NCBI GenBank assembly: GCA_963772455.1
Contig: CAVYXJ010000011.1
Location: forward strand, 1-64,000
Direction: 5' to 3'
Length of the DNA: 64,000 nucleotides
Source: Candidatus Bathyarchaeota archaeon
GTDB taxonomy: Archaea > Thermoproteota > Bathyarchaeia > Bathyarchaeales > Bathycorpusculaceae
The notes under the pieces are model-generated. The model worked only from the letters and a program-made list of their open reading frames with translations. It did not search any database and was not told the origin of the DNA. The position numbers and the translations under genes were made by a program. This document shows, one piece after another, positions 50,146-60,579 of the stretch. Position 1 is the first letter of the stretch. Every line of letters begins with the position of its first letter.

Positions 50146-51429
50146 TTAAGGATAGAACCTACGTGTTGTTCGTGGGAATGGAATAGCGTCGATAATATTG
50201 TCTAAGTCAAGCATCCAAACTAGCAGGCGTTCTAAGCCCATGCCAAAACCAACATGTGGTACAGTGCCGTAACGTCGCAGGTCAAGGTACCACTCGTAAT
50301 CTTCAGGTTTCAAACCTTGCGCCTTCATACGTTCGGTGAGTATGTCTTTGTTTTCTTCTCTTGCGCCGCCTGTACTGATTTCGCCTATTCTTGGAACCAT
50401 CATATCAACCGACATTGCAACCTCTGGGTGGTCGCTGTAAGTTTTGCAGTAGAAAGCCTTGATTTCTGTTGGGTAATCATAGACGAAGAAAGGTCTACCA
50501 AAGTCTTCAGCTAAAACCTTCTCGTCTTCGTATCCTAAGTCTGATCCCCATTCTAAAACTGGGTTTTTAGGTTTAAGACGCTCGATTGCTTCTTTATATG
50601 TTATTCTTGGAAAAGGCGTTTGAACAGCTTTTAGCTTTTCGATGTCAGCCCCTAGCTCCTTGAATTCTTTTTGGCATTTTTCTCCAATAGCATGACAAAT
50701 ATATGACATTAAGTTCTCTTCAAACTGCATCAAATCGTTCATGTCTGCAAAAGGCCATTCTCCTTCCATGTGCCAATATTCAGTTAAATGTCTGATTGTT
50801 CGACTTTTCTCTGCTCGAAAAGATGGAGCAATGCAATAGACATTTTCTAAGGAGTAAATTAGTATTTCAAGGTAAAGTTGACTGCTTTGAGTCAAGAATA
50901 AGTCTTGATCAAAATATTTTAAGCCAAACAGTGTTGACCCGCCTTCAACCGCTGCTGAAATGAACATAGGGGGAGAAACTTCAGTGTACTCTTGGCTTTT
51001 GAAGTACTCTCTTGCCGCTTCTAAAACTTCAGCCCTAACCTTCATAACTAAATTCATTTTTCTACTTCGCAGCCAAAGGTGACGCATGTCCCGAATAAAT
51101 TCTTCACTTTTGTCTTTGGAAATTGGGAAGGTTTCTGCTAAACCCACTATATTTAACGAGTCAATACTGATTTCAAAACCACCTGGAGCACGTTTATCCT
51201 CTTTTGAGACCCCTTCAACAGTGAGTGAGGATTCGATTGTGAGTTTTTGTGCTTCGGTCCAACTTGGACTGGTTTTCTTTATTGTACATTGGATTATTCC
51301 CGTTGAATCACGTATAACTATGAAAATAAGTTCTTTTCCTTCACGTTTGCGATAGACCCAACCGCGAACCAGAACTTTCTGGTTTGTAAAGCAACCTTCC
51401 AAGATTTTTATTATTTTAACCAAAGCCAT
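50146..51429 (-). CDS. asnS: Asparagine--tRNA ligase
   Basis: OB fold, RHLWLRS, VEGGSTLF, LTQSSQLYLE, FRAEKSRT.RHLTEYW and YGTVPH.GFG.GLER. Confidence 0.93.
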   Translation of the reverse strand: MALVKIIKILEGCFTNQKVLVRGWVYRKREGKELIFIVIRDSTGIIQCTIKKTSPSWTEAQKLTIESSLTVEGVSKEDKRAPGGFEISIDSLNIVGLAETFPISKDKSEEFIRDMRHLWLRSRKMNLVMKVRAEVLEAAREYFKSQEYTEVSPPMFISAAVEGGSTLFGLKYFDQDLFLTQSSQLYLEILIYSLENVYCIAPSFRAEKSRTIRHLTEYWHMEGEWPFADMNDLMQFEENLMSYICHAIGEKCQKEFKELGADIEKLKAVQTPFPRITYKEAIERLKPKNPVLEWGSDLGYEDEKVLAEDFGRPFFVYDYPTEIKAFYCKTYSDHPEVAMSVDMMVPRIGEISTGGAREENKDILTERMKAQGLKPEDYEWYLDLRRYGTVPHVGFGMGLERLLVWMLDLDNIIDAIPFPRTTRRFYP

Positions 51430-51697
51430 CGGGCATCATCCATTTCCATTTAATACTTAATTTCCAACCTAAATGCCTATCGATTGACAGTTAAAACTTT
51501 GGGAATAATTTATGGGCCTAAACTCTGGTGTAACCCGTCCAATCGCTCAATGTTCTTTAGTAGAACGGCTTAGGTAAAGGAAATCTAACACACATTATCC
51601 ATCAGGGAGGATGGAATATCGAAACCCTTATTTGCAAATCGATCTGAAATAAATAGATTATGGGCAGTAATTTTGTAAATATTGGGATGGGGGAGAA

Positions 51698-52576
51698 ATG
51701 CAAGAAGACTTAGTTGTTAAATTAGCAAGTTTTGGGTTCACGGTGAACCAAGCAAAAGTATATTTGAGTATCGTGCAATCCGGGAAAACTCGCGTTGGAA
51801 GAATATCAAGAGGTACCCAGCTACATCGACAAGACATCTATAAGCTGTTACCTAAACTTGAAAAATTGGGATTAATCACAAAAACCATCGACAAACCTTT
51901 CATGATTGAAGCAATTCCAATCGAAAAAGCCTTGGAAACGCTTATCTTAAAAGAAAAAGACAAAGCAAATCAAAGAATTTCTCAATTAGAAAACAACCTC
52001 AAAGAAATGGTAACAGCTATTCAAATGCAACCAGAGATCAAAGAAGAAGCGCGATTTACTCTCCTAACAAGTGACGAAGCCATTAAGAACCGAGGCCGCC
52101 TAATTTTTAAGAAGTCAAAAAAAGATTTCAAAATAGTCGTCAGCATGGAACACATAACAAAAACTAATTTACATTATTTCCGTGAATTTCTCCAATTAAT
52201 AGCTGACCACAATGCAAGACTAGAATTAATTATTGTTACAACTGAAGACAAAGAAGAAGTAAAGCAAATTGTTGAAAAAATAGCACCTAACAATGGACAA
52301 TTCAAAGTAAAGTTCATAGATAATAGTATTTGTAAAAACTACCAAGTCATAGACAATAGAGAAGTTTGGATTTCAACTCAGCAAAATACAGAAAATGGGT
52401 TCCCATGTTTGCTATGGACAAACGACTTAAACATTGTTGGAACTTACAGAGAAAACTTCCAAAGGACGTGGACAAATCCAAAAGCCATTACAGTTAACCC
52501 AACCGACATAATCCAAGCATTTCAATCATTTGCTCCAAAGCAATTAAATAATGAAAAGTGCATGCCAGCGGTTTAA
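51698..52576 (+). CDS. TrmB-family transcriptional regulator
   Basis: L..FGFT.NQAKVYL...HRQDIYKLL.KLEKLGLI...KP, with a C-terminal effector domain. Confidence 0.88.
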   Translation: MQEDLVVKLASFGFTVNQAKVYLSIVQSGKTRVGRISRGTQLHRQDIYKLLPKLEKLGLITKTIDKPFMIEAIPIEKALETLILKEKDKANQRISQLENNLKEMVTAIQMQPEIKEEARFTLLTSDEAIKNRGRLIFKKSKKDFKIVVSMEHITKTNLHYFREFLQLIADHNARLELIIVTTEDKEEVKQIVEKIAPNNGQFKVKFIDNSICKNYQVIDNREVWISTQQNTENGFPCLLWTNDLNIVGTYRENFQRTWTNPKAITVNPTDIIQAFQSFAPKQLNNEKCMPAV

Positions 52577-52591
52577 AATATAATATCTTTT

Positions 52592-53836
52592 TTATTTTTC
52601 TTTAACGCTAGGCTCATAAACTCTCCAATAGACAAAAATGGATAGAGGAATCGCTGCCACTGCTAATAGTAAAAATGGAAGTGAAGGAGAAACAAAAGCA
52701 TAAAGCAAACCCACAATGATTTGCAGGACCGCTTGCATTATAAACATGAAAAATTGCATACACCCCATCACAGTTCCTCTTAACCCTCGGGGAACTAAAT
52801 CACCCATCAAAACTTGGTAACTATTCAGTTGAAGCAAATTTCCCAGACCAAAGAAGAAAAATGCTAGAAGAAGCATGTTAAAATCAGCGTTCACAAAAAG
52901 AAACATCCCTGGTACATATAACAAATAACCTAAAATCAAAAATTTTTTTCGCCCTAGGACATCCATGCTAAACCCCGCAATTATTCCAGGAACAGCGATA
53001 CTTAGGTATCTAAAGGCTACAACAATAGCCCATTGCTCCAACGAAATTTTAAGAATTGAAGTAGCATAAACCACAAAATAAGTTTGGCAACTAACCACCA
53101 ATCCATTTATTATTATAATGGCCAAAAAAAGGTTAAAAGCTGATGAAGGAACTTTGCGCCAAACATTTATTCCTTCTTTTACTGACTTAGGGTAGATTCG
53201 AAGTACATTAATTAAACTTGGTCTTTCACTTTTCTCTAATGATGGCAAGGTTTCTTTCAGTTTTAGTCTTAAGATTGCAATAGAAAAATACGCTATAGAA
53301 ACTATGGTGTAACCAATGCGCATGCCCAAATCGAAATTGAAAGTTGCAACTAAATATTGTGCTATTAATGGAGCAGGCAACAAAACAAGTGTTGTAATTA
53401 CTGATTGGAAACTAAAACCTGAACCACGATTTTCAGGCGGTAAAGAATCAATAACCATTGACATTAAAGCTGGACCGTAAATGGAACATAAATTTTGAAT
53501 AAGTAGTCCTATTAGAATAAACTGCCATGAAGGGGCAAAAACGAAGAATAAGCTTCCAATAGCTAAACCAAAAGTCATTGAGACTATAAGCCATCTTCTG
53601 CCATGCTTATCTGCCAAATAGCCACCAGGAAACTGGACAAGGGCAACTGCAATGGAGCCTGCGAAACCTATAATTGAAAGTAGAAATGCATTGGCGCCTA
53701 AATTAAGATAAAAAAGGCTTGCGTATGTATCTGGAATGGGTTGTGCAGCGAATAAAATAATCCAGGTAACGGTTATGAGCAGGAAGTTGCCTCTTAGAAC
53801 CGCAGAATCTCCTCGGAAAAGATTTGACAACTTCAT
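52592..53836 (-). CDS. MFS transporter
   Basis: GGYLADKHGRR motif and about 12 TM segments. Confidence 0.9.
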   Translation of the reverse strand: MKLSNLFRGDSAVLRGNFLLITVTWIILFAAQPIPDTYASLFYLNLGANAFLLSIIGFAGSIAVALVQFPGGYLADKHGRRWLIVSMTFGLAIGSLFFVFAPSWQFILIGLLIQNLCSIYGPALMSMVIDSLPPENRGSGFSFQSVITTLVLLPAPLIAQYLVATFNFDLGMRIGYTIVSIAYFSIAILRLKLKETLPSLEKSERPSLINVLRIYPKSVKEGINVWRKVPSSAFNLFLAIIIINGLVVSCQTYFVVYATSILKISLEQWAIVVAFRYLSIAVPGIIAGFSMDVLGRKKFLILGYLLYVPGMFLFVNADFNMLLLAFFFFGLGNLLQLNSYQVLMGDLVPRGLRGTVMGCMQFFMFIMQAVLQIIVGLLYAFVSPSLPFLLLAVAAIPLSIFVYWRVYEPSVKEK

Positions 53837-53970
53837 TTGTAATGAAAAACCAACTAAGAATTATTTAAACAAAAATGAAATTGAAAACATATTTTGAGAA
53901 AGCAATTCGTCTATTATACCCCGCAATTCTTAAATCGCCCTTGTCATGAGGATAATTAGATTAATAAAAA

Positions 53971-55341
53971 ATGCAAAGAATCCTCGAAGAAAAAACTAAG
54001 CTTAAGACCTTGAAGATTTCAGCTTTTGCAATATTTAGCGTAGTTATAATTGAAGTCACTTTAGGTTTACTGATCAATAGTTTAGCAATAATGAGTGATG
54101 GTTTGCATGCCCTATTAGATGCTGTTTCTAGCGTCATGTTGTTTTTTGCTGTACGCGCAGCAATGAAACCTCCAGATGAAGAGCATACTTACGGGCACGA
54201 AAAGTTCGAAACTATTGGCGGCTTAATCGGAGGCATAGTACTAATTGCTGTTGCATTCCTAATATTCTACGAATCTGCCCTACGTATTATAAGTCCGCCC
54301 CAACTTAATCCAGGAATAGAATATGCAGGTTTCATAGCAATAGGCTACGCTCTTTTCATTGCCTCTCTAAGAGTAACCGTTTTCAAAAAGTTCCAACACG
54401 TTCAAAGCACATCCATGAAAGCAGGATTTTACGATGCTATTTCAGATTTAAGCTCGACGCTGATAGCTCTTTTGGGTTTTGGCTTAGCTATTTTGGGATT
54501 TACAGGAGGAGATGCCTTTGCATCCATATTTCTTGGAGCTATGCTTACTTATTTAAGCTTAAAACTTGTAAAATTTAGCGTGATGGAACTAAGCGACACT
54601 GCATCAAAAGAACTTTTGGAAAAAACAAAAAAGATAATTCTTTCATGCGATGGAGTCGTTAAAACCGAGAACCTTAAAGTTCGAAAAGTAAGCTCAAAAG
54701 TCTTTGTTGATGCATCAGTGCAAGTTCCAACTCTAATGAGTTTGCAAGATGCACATTCTTTAGCTACAAAAATTGAAAGTTGCTTAAAAGATGGCTTCGG
54801 AAACGTTGACTCAACCATTCATATTGAACCTTCTGACAAAGAACACAAAATGGATCAGTTAGTCGAAAAATTAGCAATAGTTGATGGGGTCAAAGAGGTA
54901 CATGAAATTTCCACTATATATGTAGCTGGTAAACTATACATTACGTTACACGCGTATGTTAACCCTGAACTATCGGTTGAAGATGCTCATAAAATCGCTG
55001 AAGACATAGAACGTAGAATAAAAACTGAAATTATATCTCTTGAAAACGTTACTGTACATGTTGAACCTGCAGGAGTTGCGATCCCTGCAAGCGATGTCAA
55101 TGAAGGCGAACTTAGAGAAATTGTTAATGAAGTTGCTAATGGCATTATTGGCATCCTTCGCATTAAACGAGTGTTAACTTACGTTGCTGGAGGTAAACGT
55201 TACATCAACATAGATTGTTGCTTCACTAAACAAGTGCAGATTAAGGATGCTCACAAAATAGCCTCGCAGGTTGAAAAGGAAACGAAGGAACACTTTGCAA
55301 ATGCGGTAGTTACAGTTCACATTGAACCAGAATGCCCTTAA
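53971..55341 (+). CDS. Cation diffusion facilitator with three tandem C-terminal domains
   Basis: SLAIMSDGLH, PPDEEHTYGHEKFE, and three AH..A..(I/V)E...(I/V)H(I/V)EP repeats. Confidence 0.92.
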   Translation: MQRILEEKTKLKTLKISAFAIFSVVIIEVTLGLLINSLAIMSDGLHALLDAVSSVMLFFAVRAAMKPPDEEHTYGHEKFETIGGLIGGIVLIAVAFLIFYESALRIISPPQLNPGIEYAGFIAIGYALFIASLRVTVFKKFQHVQSTSMKAGFYDAISDLSSTLIALLGFGLAILGFTGGDAFASIFLGAMLTYLSLKLVKFSVMELSDTASKELLEKTKKIILSCDGVVKTENLKVRKVSSKVFVDASVQVPTLMSLQDAHSLATKIESCLKDGFGNVDSTIHIEPSDKEHKMDQLVEKLAIVDGVKEVHEISTIYVAGKLYITLHAYVNPELSVEDAHKIAEDIERRIKTEIISLENVTVHVEPAGVAIPASDVNEGELREIVNEVANGIIGILRIKRVLTYVAGGKRYINIDCCFTKQVQIKDAHKIASQVEKETKEHFANAVVTVHIEPECP

Positions 55342-55501
55342 AAACAAAAAAATCCGGATTGCTATTCATGAAAACGAGATTTAAAGGATAACTTAACTTT
55401 TATTAGAATTAATCGATTTTAATAAAATGCATTCTTACTGAAAGAATTAATATTTAATTGATCAAAATAAAAAAAATAAAAAAGGAAGATATTTTGGTTG
55501 T

Positions 55502-56245
55502 CTATTTTTTGCGACGGTACGTGATTGTTCCAAAAGCAACTGCTACTAAAACTAAAGCTATGCCAATTGCAGCTACACTTGAAAACTCTGGTACTGATGG
55601 TGTTGGTTCAGTTGAACCTGTTGGGGTAAATACTGCTTGATAGCTGAACATATTTCCGTATCCGTGGTTGACATTGTATGGATTATCAGTAGGTGTAGCA
55701 GTGTATGGATATCCGCCGTGACTTAGGTTTGGTCCTTCAATTACCCAATGTGAAAATGTCCAACCGCTTGCTGGTGTTGCTGTCAACATTAGATTTTCGG
55801 CAGCTGCTAAAGCGTAAGTACCTGGCGCTGGGCTAACAGTACCTCCTGCGGAACCTACAACAACGACAATGGCGGCAGTTGATAAGTCAGGTGTTAATGT
55901 GGATCCTGGGGGTGGTAGAACCGGCTGGAAATTTGCTTGCACAGTGTATGTACTTCCTCCAGCGACGGGGAACGTGATTGGATTATCTGTAGCAACGTTG
56001 GATCCTTCTGCAGTATCAAGAATCCAGTTGACGAAAATAAAGTCAGCATCAGCTGTTGCAGTAAATGTTACAGAAGTGCCATCAGCATAAGAAGTGGTTC
56101 CCGCAGCAGGGTCAGTAGTTCCTCCAACTGAATCTAGAACGATTACTGTAGCTTGTCCTTGGGCATTAACACTTGCATTTACAACTGCTAAAACTAGCAA
56201 TGTCATTAGCAAAGTCAAAGCAAAAATTTTTTTAGATTTCATCAT
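55502..56245 (-). CDS. Secreted protein with two InlB-B/Flg_new-like repeats and a PEF-CTERM-like sorting signal
   Basis: Signal peptide, two GGT..P..GT..Y.....TAT......F..W repeats, and VPEF-TM-RRKK. Confidence 0.8.
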   Translation of the reverse strand: MMKSKKIFALTLLMTLLVLAVVNASVNAQGQATVIVLDSVGGTTDPAAGTTSYADGTSVTFTATADADFIFVNWILDTAEGSNVATDNPITFPVAGGSTYTVQANFQPVLPPPGSTLTPDLSTAAIVVVVGSAGGTVSPAPGTYALAAAENLMLTATPASGWTFSHWVIEGPNLSHGGYPYTATPTDNPYNVNHGYGNMFSYQAVFTPTGSTEPTPSVPEFSSVAAIGIALVLVAVAFGTITYRRKK

Positions 56246-56507
56246 TTTATTATTTCTCCAATATAAAGCATGCTTGCTTGTTTCAATTTAACCAAATATT
56301 TCTATATTTAATTATGTGATTGTGTCTACACAACAACAAGCTGAAGTCTATTTTTTTTTAAGAAAAGAGGTCTTTGTATTAGAAAACAAAATTCAAAGTA
56401 ATCCTAATCTGCTTGATTGGCAAGTATTTCTTCAAAAATCTATTTCACATAAACCTTTAATGCTCAATATGCTATTAAATACATAAAATTGAGAGAGTGT
56501 AGGGAGA

Positions 56508-58736
56508 ATGCTATCTCGATCAGCTGTAGTTAAACTTAAAGCAATTTTAATAATTGACTTAATGATTGTAGGAGCAGCCGCAGGAGTTTATTTCTATCTT
56601 CAAAACGAAGGGATCCTAACCAGCGCGGCAAAACCAGCCACATTTACTCTAACAGATCTAACAATCAATCCGCTTGAAGCATACTTGGGCGATGCAGTTC
56701 AAATTTCTGTTAATTTAACAAATATTGGCGATTTAGAAGGCAACCAAACTATAAATCTTGAAATAAATAATACCGTCAAAGATACAACTAACGTTACTCT
56801 TGCGGCTAATTCAACTGAAATCGTGGAATTTACATACATTGAGACGGCTGAAGGAAACTATACCGTTAAAGTTGGCGATTTAACAGCTGCTTTGATCATT
56901 AAACCTGCTTTACCTGAATCAAGCAAAATTTTATTGTCTAATTTAATTAGTACTCCATATGAAGTCTGGGCTAATGAAAACGTTACAATTACTGCAAGCG
57001 CAGTGAACCCGTCAAGTGAATTAGACAAATTGACTGTAAAAATTATGATTGATGATGTAGTTGTGGGTACTCAAGTTATTTCCTTAGAAGCTGGAGCAAA
57101 TCAAATCGTTCAATTCACAATTAATGCATCGTCAGCAGCAGAAGGAAAGCACGTTGTAAAACTAAATACTCTTAAAGGCTCCTTTGTCATCGTAAAGACG
57201 GGTTATCATACACTTATTATTAATCGGTCAGGAGGCGGCTCCACTCCTCTTCCTTTTACGTTAAACGGGGAAAATCGTCAGACAGTTTACCAAGCGGTTT
57301 TACCGGTTGGAGAATACAGTATTTCTGTTCCAGATCCATTTAGTGTAGGGACTGGAGTGCTGGGTTTTACTTATTGGAGCGATGGCGTGAAAACTCCATC
57401 AAGAACTTTCACTTTAAGTGAACGACTGATACTTGTTGTTACTTATACTTTGATTAGCGGATATGCATCTTGTCCTTCACTTTATGTTTGGAATGGGACA
57501 GGGTATTCCTACGTTACAGATGTTTCAAACCCAGGATGGCTAGGATACATTAGCCACATTAACTCTGATGGAACAATTGTATTTGGTGGTGGAAACCCAT
57601 GGGATTACGTAAAAATAGACAAGAACTTATTGGCAACTAATAACGGCAATTTCGATTTAACTCTTGCTCAGCAATGGGACGAACTCTATTATTTAGATTC
57701 AGCATACATGATGGCAGTGGACCATCCTATTGGAACTAACGTTTACACATCGATGACAAACTATCTCAACAAAGGATCAACTGGTCAGATCTATACAGTA
57801 ACAAACGGCACACTCCTATCGCCGATAAACGCTACGAACGAACAAGGTAAAAACGTTTTAACTCAAATTCTATATAAGGATGGTTTATACACTCCAGGCA
57901 TAAATGGAGATCAAAGTTTATCTTGGAACAATATCACGATGAATCAATTAACTTTAGATCTGGGCAATTTGTCCTCTGCACCGCAAATAAAGCTTCTAAT
58001 GACTGGAATGGTTGATTGGGGTTTGGCAGATCCATATTATGCATGGATAAACAGTTTCAAAGAGGCCGCAGCCCAAGGACTTGTACCAAATGGGACCGAA
58101 ATTATGCCCGCACCATACATGGAAGTCAAAGATGTAAATGGAAACTGGATACGTGTTTCACAAGAGAGACAAATACCAATACCTTCAGATTACAATGCCA
58201 GAACATTCACCGTGGACTTAACGAATCTGTTTCCATCTAACGCAAATGATTGCCAAGTCCGACTTACCAATTTCTGGAACGTAACCTATGATTACATTGG
58301 AATAGATACAACCCTTCAACAAAATATAACAATACAAAAACTTATGCCAACTTCAGCAATACTCAGTCAAATGTGGGATACCCAATCTACCGCTTCAGGA
58401 GCTTTTACACGATATGGAGATGTCACACAACTGATTCAAAATGCTGATGACATATACGTCATTGGAAGACAAGGCGACCAAGTTAACATGCAATTCTCAA
58501 CTGCCAACATAGCACCGGTTGCCCAGAACATGGAACGGGACTACTTCTTTGTCGTGGCATGCTGGTTTAAAGATCCTCTTGGAAATTGGGGTTACGGATT
58601 CGACTTTACTGTTGACCCGATGCCGTTTATGGATATGAGTGGATTCCCCTACACACCTACAGAGAGCTACCCATACGATGCTGCACACTTAGAATATATG
58701 CAAGAGTATAACACTCGAATAATTACTGCTCCATAA
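56508..58736 (+). CDS. Membrane-anchored CARDB/Ig-domain protein with a C-terminal SCP.LY.WNG domain
   Basis: N-terminal TM, TNIGDLEG CARDB-like repeats, then SCPSLYVWNG, AVDHP, FTRYGDV, WFKD, DPMPF..MSGFPY and YNTR. Confidence 0.75.
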   Translation: MLSRSAVVKLKAILIIDLMIVGAAAGVYFYLQNEGILTSAAKPATFTLTDLTINPLEAYLGDAVQISVNLTNIGDLEGNQTINLEINNTVKDTTNVTLAANSTEIVEFTYIETAEGNYTVKVGDLTAALIIKPALPESSKILLSNLISTPYEVWANENVTITASAVNPSSELDKLTVKIMIDDVVVGTQVISLEAGANQIVQFTINASSAAEGKHVVKLNTLKGSFVIVKTGYHTLIINRSGGGSTPLPFTLNGENRQTVYQAVLPVGEYSISVPDPFSVGTGVLGFTYWSDGVKTPSRTFTLSERLILVVTYTLISGYASCPSLYVWNGTGYSYVTDVSNPGWLGYISHINSDGTIVFGGGNPWDYVKIDKNLLATNNGNFDLTLAQQWDELYYLDSAYMMAVDHPIGTNVYTSMTNYLNKGSTGQIYTVTNGTLLSPINATNEQGKNVLTQILYKDGLYTPGINGDQSLSWNNITMNQLTLDLGNLSSAPQIKLLMTGMVDWGLADPYYAWINSFKEAAAQGLVPNGTEIMPAPYMEVKDVNGNWIRVSQERQIPIPSDYNARTFTVDLTNLFPSNANDCQVRLTNFWNVTYDYIGIDTTLQQNITIQKLMPTSAILSQMWDTQSTASGAFTRYGDVTQLIQNADDIYVIGRQGDQVNMQFSTANIAPVAQNMERDYFFVVACWFKDPLGNWGYGFDFTVDPMPFMDMSGFPYTPTESYPYDAAHLEYMQEYNTRIITAP

Positions 58737-58859
58737 CCCTATTTTCTTCTTTAGAACTGATAAAGCCCTTTCAAAAATTGTCGAGCCAAGATTTATGTAA
58801 GATTTAAATGACATTATATTGTTATTTGCTCTAATCAACCTTCCAATGGGATCCCTTGA

Positions 58860-59561
58860 ATGTCGTTGATACCTGAAATCTCTAATCCTTATTTAGGAGC
58901 CTTTGCAGGGGGCTTGCTGTATGGATTAGTTGTTTGTACGGCATCGTGTCTTCCGATCGTTACAAGTTATATTGCAGGTGTTGGCGCTGGTTTTGGAAAG
59001 GGTGTAAAGATAACATTAATTTTCAATTCTGGAAGAGTTTTGGCTTACACTTTGATTGGCGCCTTAATAGGATTGTTTAGCGGTTTGTTTAGGCTTTTTA
59101 TTTCAGACTCTGCCATTTCTCCCTTTCAAATTTACTCTTCTCTCGCATTCGGAATAGTTACAATAATAATTGGCATTAGCATCTTTTTTAAAGCTAGAAA
59201 ACCATGCAACTGTAACGTTCAAGACGCAAAAAACATTATTACTACACGAAAAACAGGCAGATTCGGATTTGACATTGGCGCCTTTTCACTTGGTTTATCC
59301 AGAGGATTAATTGTTTGTCCACCATTGATTGCACTTTTAGTTTATTCGTTACCTTTCTCCAATCCTCTTGGAAGCATTGGAATAGCTGTATTATTTGGTT
59401 TAGGAACAACTCTTTCGCCAATTTTATTATTGGGCGGGGTTACTGGATGGCTTTTGAATAAGGCACCGCTTTTTCGGAAATGGATTTCGATAGCAGGCGG
59501 ATCGGTACTGATAGTTCTTGGAATAATCACAATGATTAGTTCATTAACTCAATTACCTTGA
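58860..59561 (+). CDS. DsbD/CcdA-like (DsbD_2; TauE/SafE-annotated) membrane protein
   Basis: About six TM segments, CTASCLP, FNSGRVLAY..IG, VCPPL and FGLGT. Confidence 0.78.
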   Translation: MSLIPEISNPYLGAFAGGLLYGLVVCTASCLPIVTSYIAGVGAGFGKGVKITLIFNSGRVLAYTLIGALIGLFSGLFRLFISDSAISPFQIYSSLAFGIVTIIIGISIFFKARKPCNCNVQDAKNIITTRKTGRFGFDIGAFSLGLSRGLIVCPPLIALLVYSLPFSNPLGSIGIAVLFGLGTTLSPILLLGGVTGWLLNKAPLFRKWISIAGGSVLIVLGIITMISSLTQLP

Positions 59562-59562
59562 C

Positions 59563-60579
59563 GTGGAAAATATGGCTGGAGAAATAATAGGAGACATATT
59601 GCGGCTAACAGTGCTTGGGGGATTAGGAGTAGCTGGGGTAATCTCAGTTTTAATTTGGAAGAAAAACATGTCCACTCGGGTAACTTTTCTTAGGTTTGTT
59701 ATCCAAGCTATCGCCGTAGCCGCTATATTCTATGTCCTATCTTATACGGTACCACCAGTAACTGGAGGATTGCCCCCAATCCTTTTTGTTTACTTGTTAA
59801 TTATAATATTGACAATGACCATATTTGTGGGTAGGTTTTTCTGTGGTTGGCTATGCCCTTTCGCACTTATAATGGACTTGGAAAGTCTCATAAGAAAAGC
59901 CCTTAAAATACCTCACCGAATCATTCCAGACAAACTAAACAAAATCCTTCACCAATCACGATATATCATATTGCTGTTCTTTTTGTTGCTACCGATATTG
60001 TTGTGGCTTTTAGATCCTCAGCCAATTATGGTTTCGCCTTTAATGGCTCAACTCTTAGCAGGTCACTTCCGCCCGTACAGCATATTACTTGACCCGCTTA
60101 TTCCTTTCATTGTACCATGGAAAGGTCAGATTATCATAGATCAAGTAAACTTGACATATCCTTATGCTCTCGACTTTATCACCTACTTAGGAGAAAACAT
60201 TGGGCAGGTCGTTGCCATAATATTTGTTGGTTTGACTTTGGCAGGTTCATTTATATTTAGACGCGTCTGGTGTAGATTTTGCCCAACTGGCGCTTCTTTG
60301 GCAGTTGTAAATAGATTTAAGGGTTTAAAATGGGCTCCTCTGCTTCATATTAACAAAGATGAGGAGAAATGCACTAAATGTGGAGTTTGCAAACGAGTTT
60401 GTCCAGTTCAAGTTAACGAAGTGTACGAGCAGAAGGGTGGAAAAATAAAAACCTCCCAATGTATGGTCTGTGCACGCTGCGTAGAAATGTGTCCTTATGA
60501 AGGCACCTTAAAGGTTAAGTTGGGTAACAAAACATTGTTTAAATCAAGAAACTGGTTGGAACAATCAAAAAGTGAATGA
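59563..60579 (+). CDS. NapH/MauN-like membrane polyferredoxin
   Basis: GRFFCGWLCP and RVWCRFCP motifs, plus CTKCGVCKRVCP and CMVCARCVEMCP. Confidence 0.88.
   Translation: MENMAGEIIGDILRLTVLGGLGVAGVISVLIWKKNMSTRVTFLRFVIQAIAVAAIFYVLSYTVPPVTGGLPPILFVYLLIIILTMTIFVGRFFCGWLCPFALIMDLESLIRKALKIPHRIIPDKLNKILHQSRYIILLFFLLLPILLWLLDPQPIMVSPLMAQLLAGHFRPYSILLDPLIPFIVPWKGQIIIDQVNLTYPYALDFITYLGENIGQVVAIIFVGLTLAGSFIFRRVWCRFCPTGASLAVVNRFKGLKWAPLLHINKDEEKCTKCGVCKRVCPVQVNEVYEQKGGKIKTSQCMVCARCVEMCPYEGTLKVKLGNKTLFKSRNWLEQSKSE

Noticed and set aside
51588-51620. tccatc-N6-gatgga hairpin as a TrmB operator
   Set aside because: It is a single 6-bp-arm palindrome with no second instance to support it.
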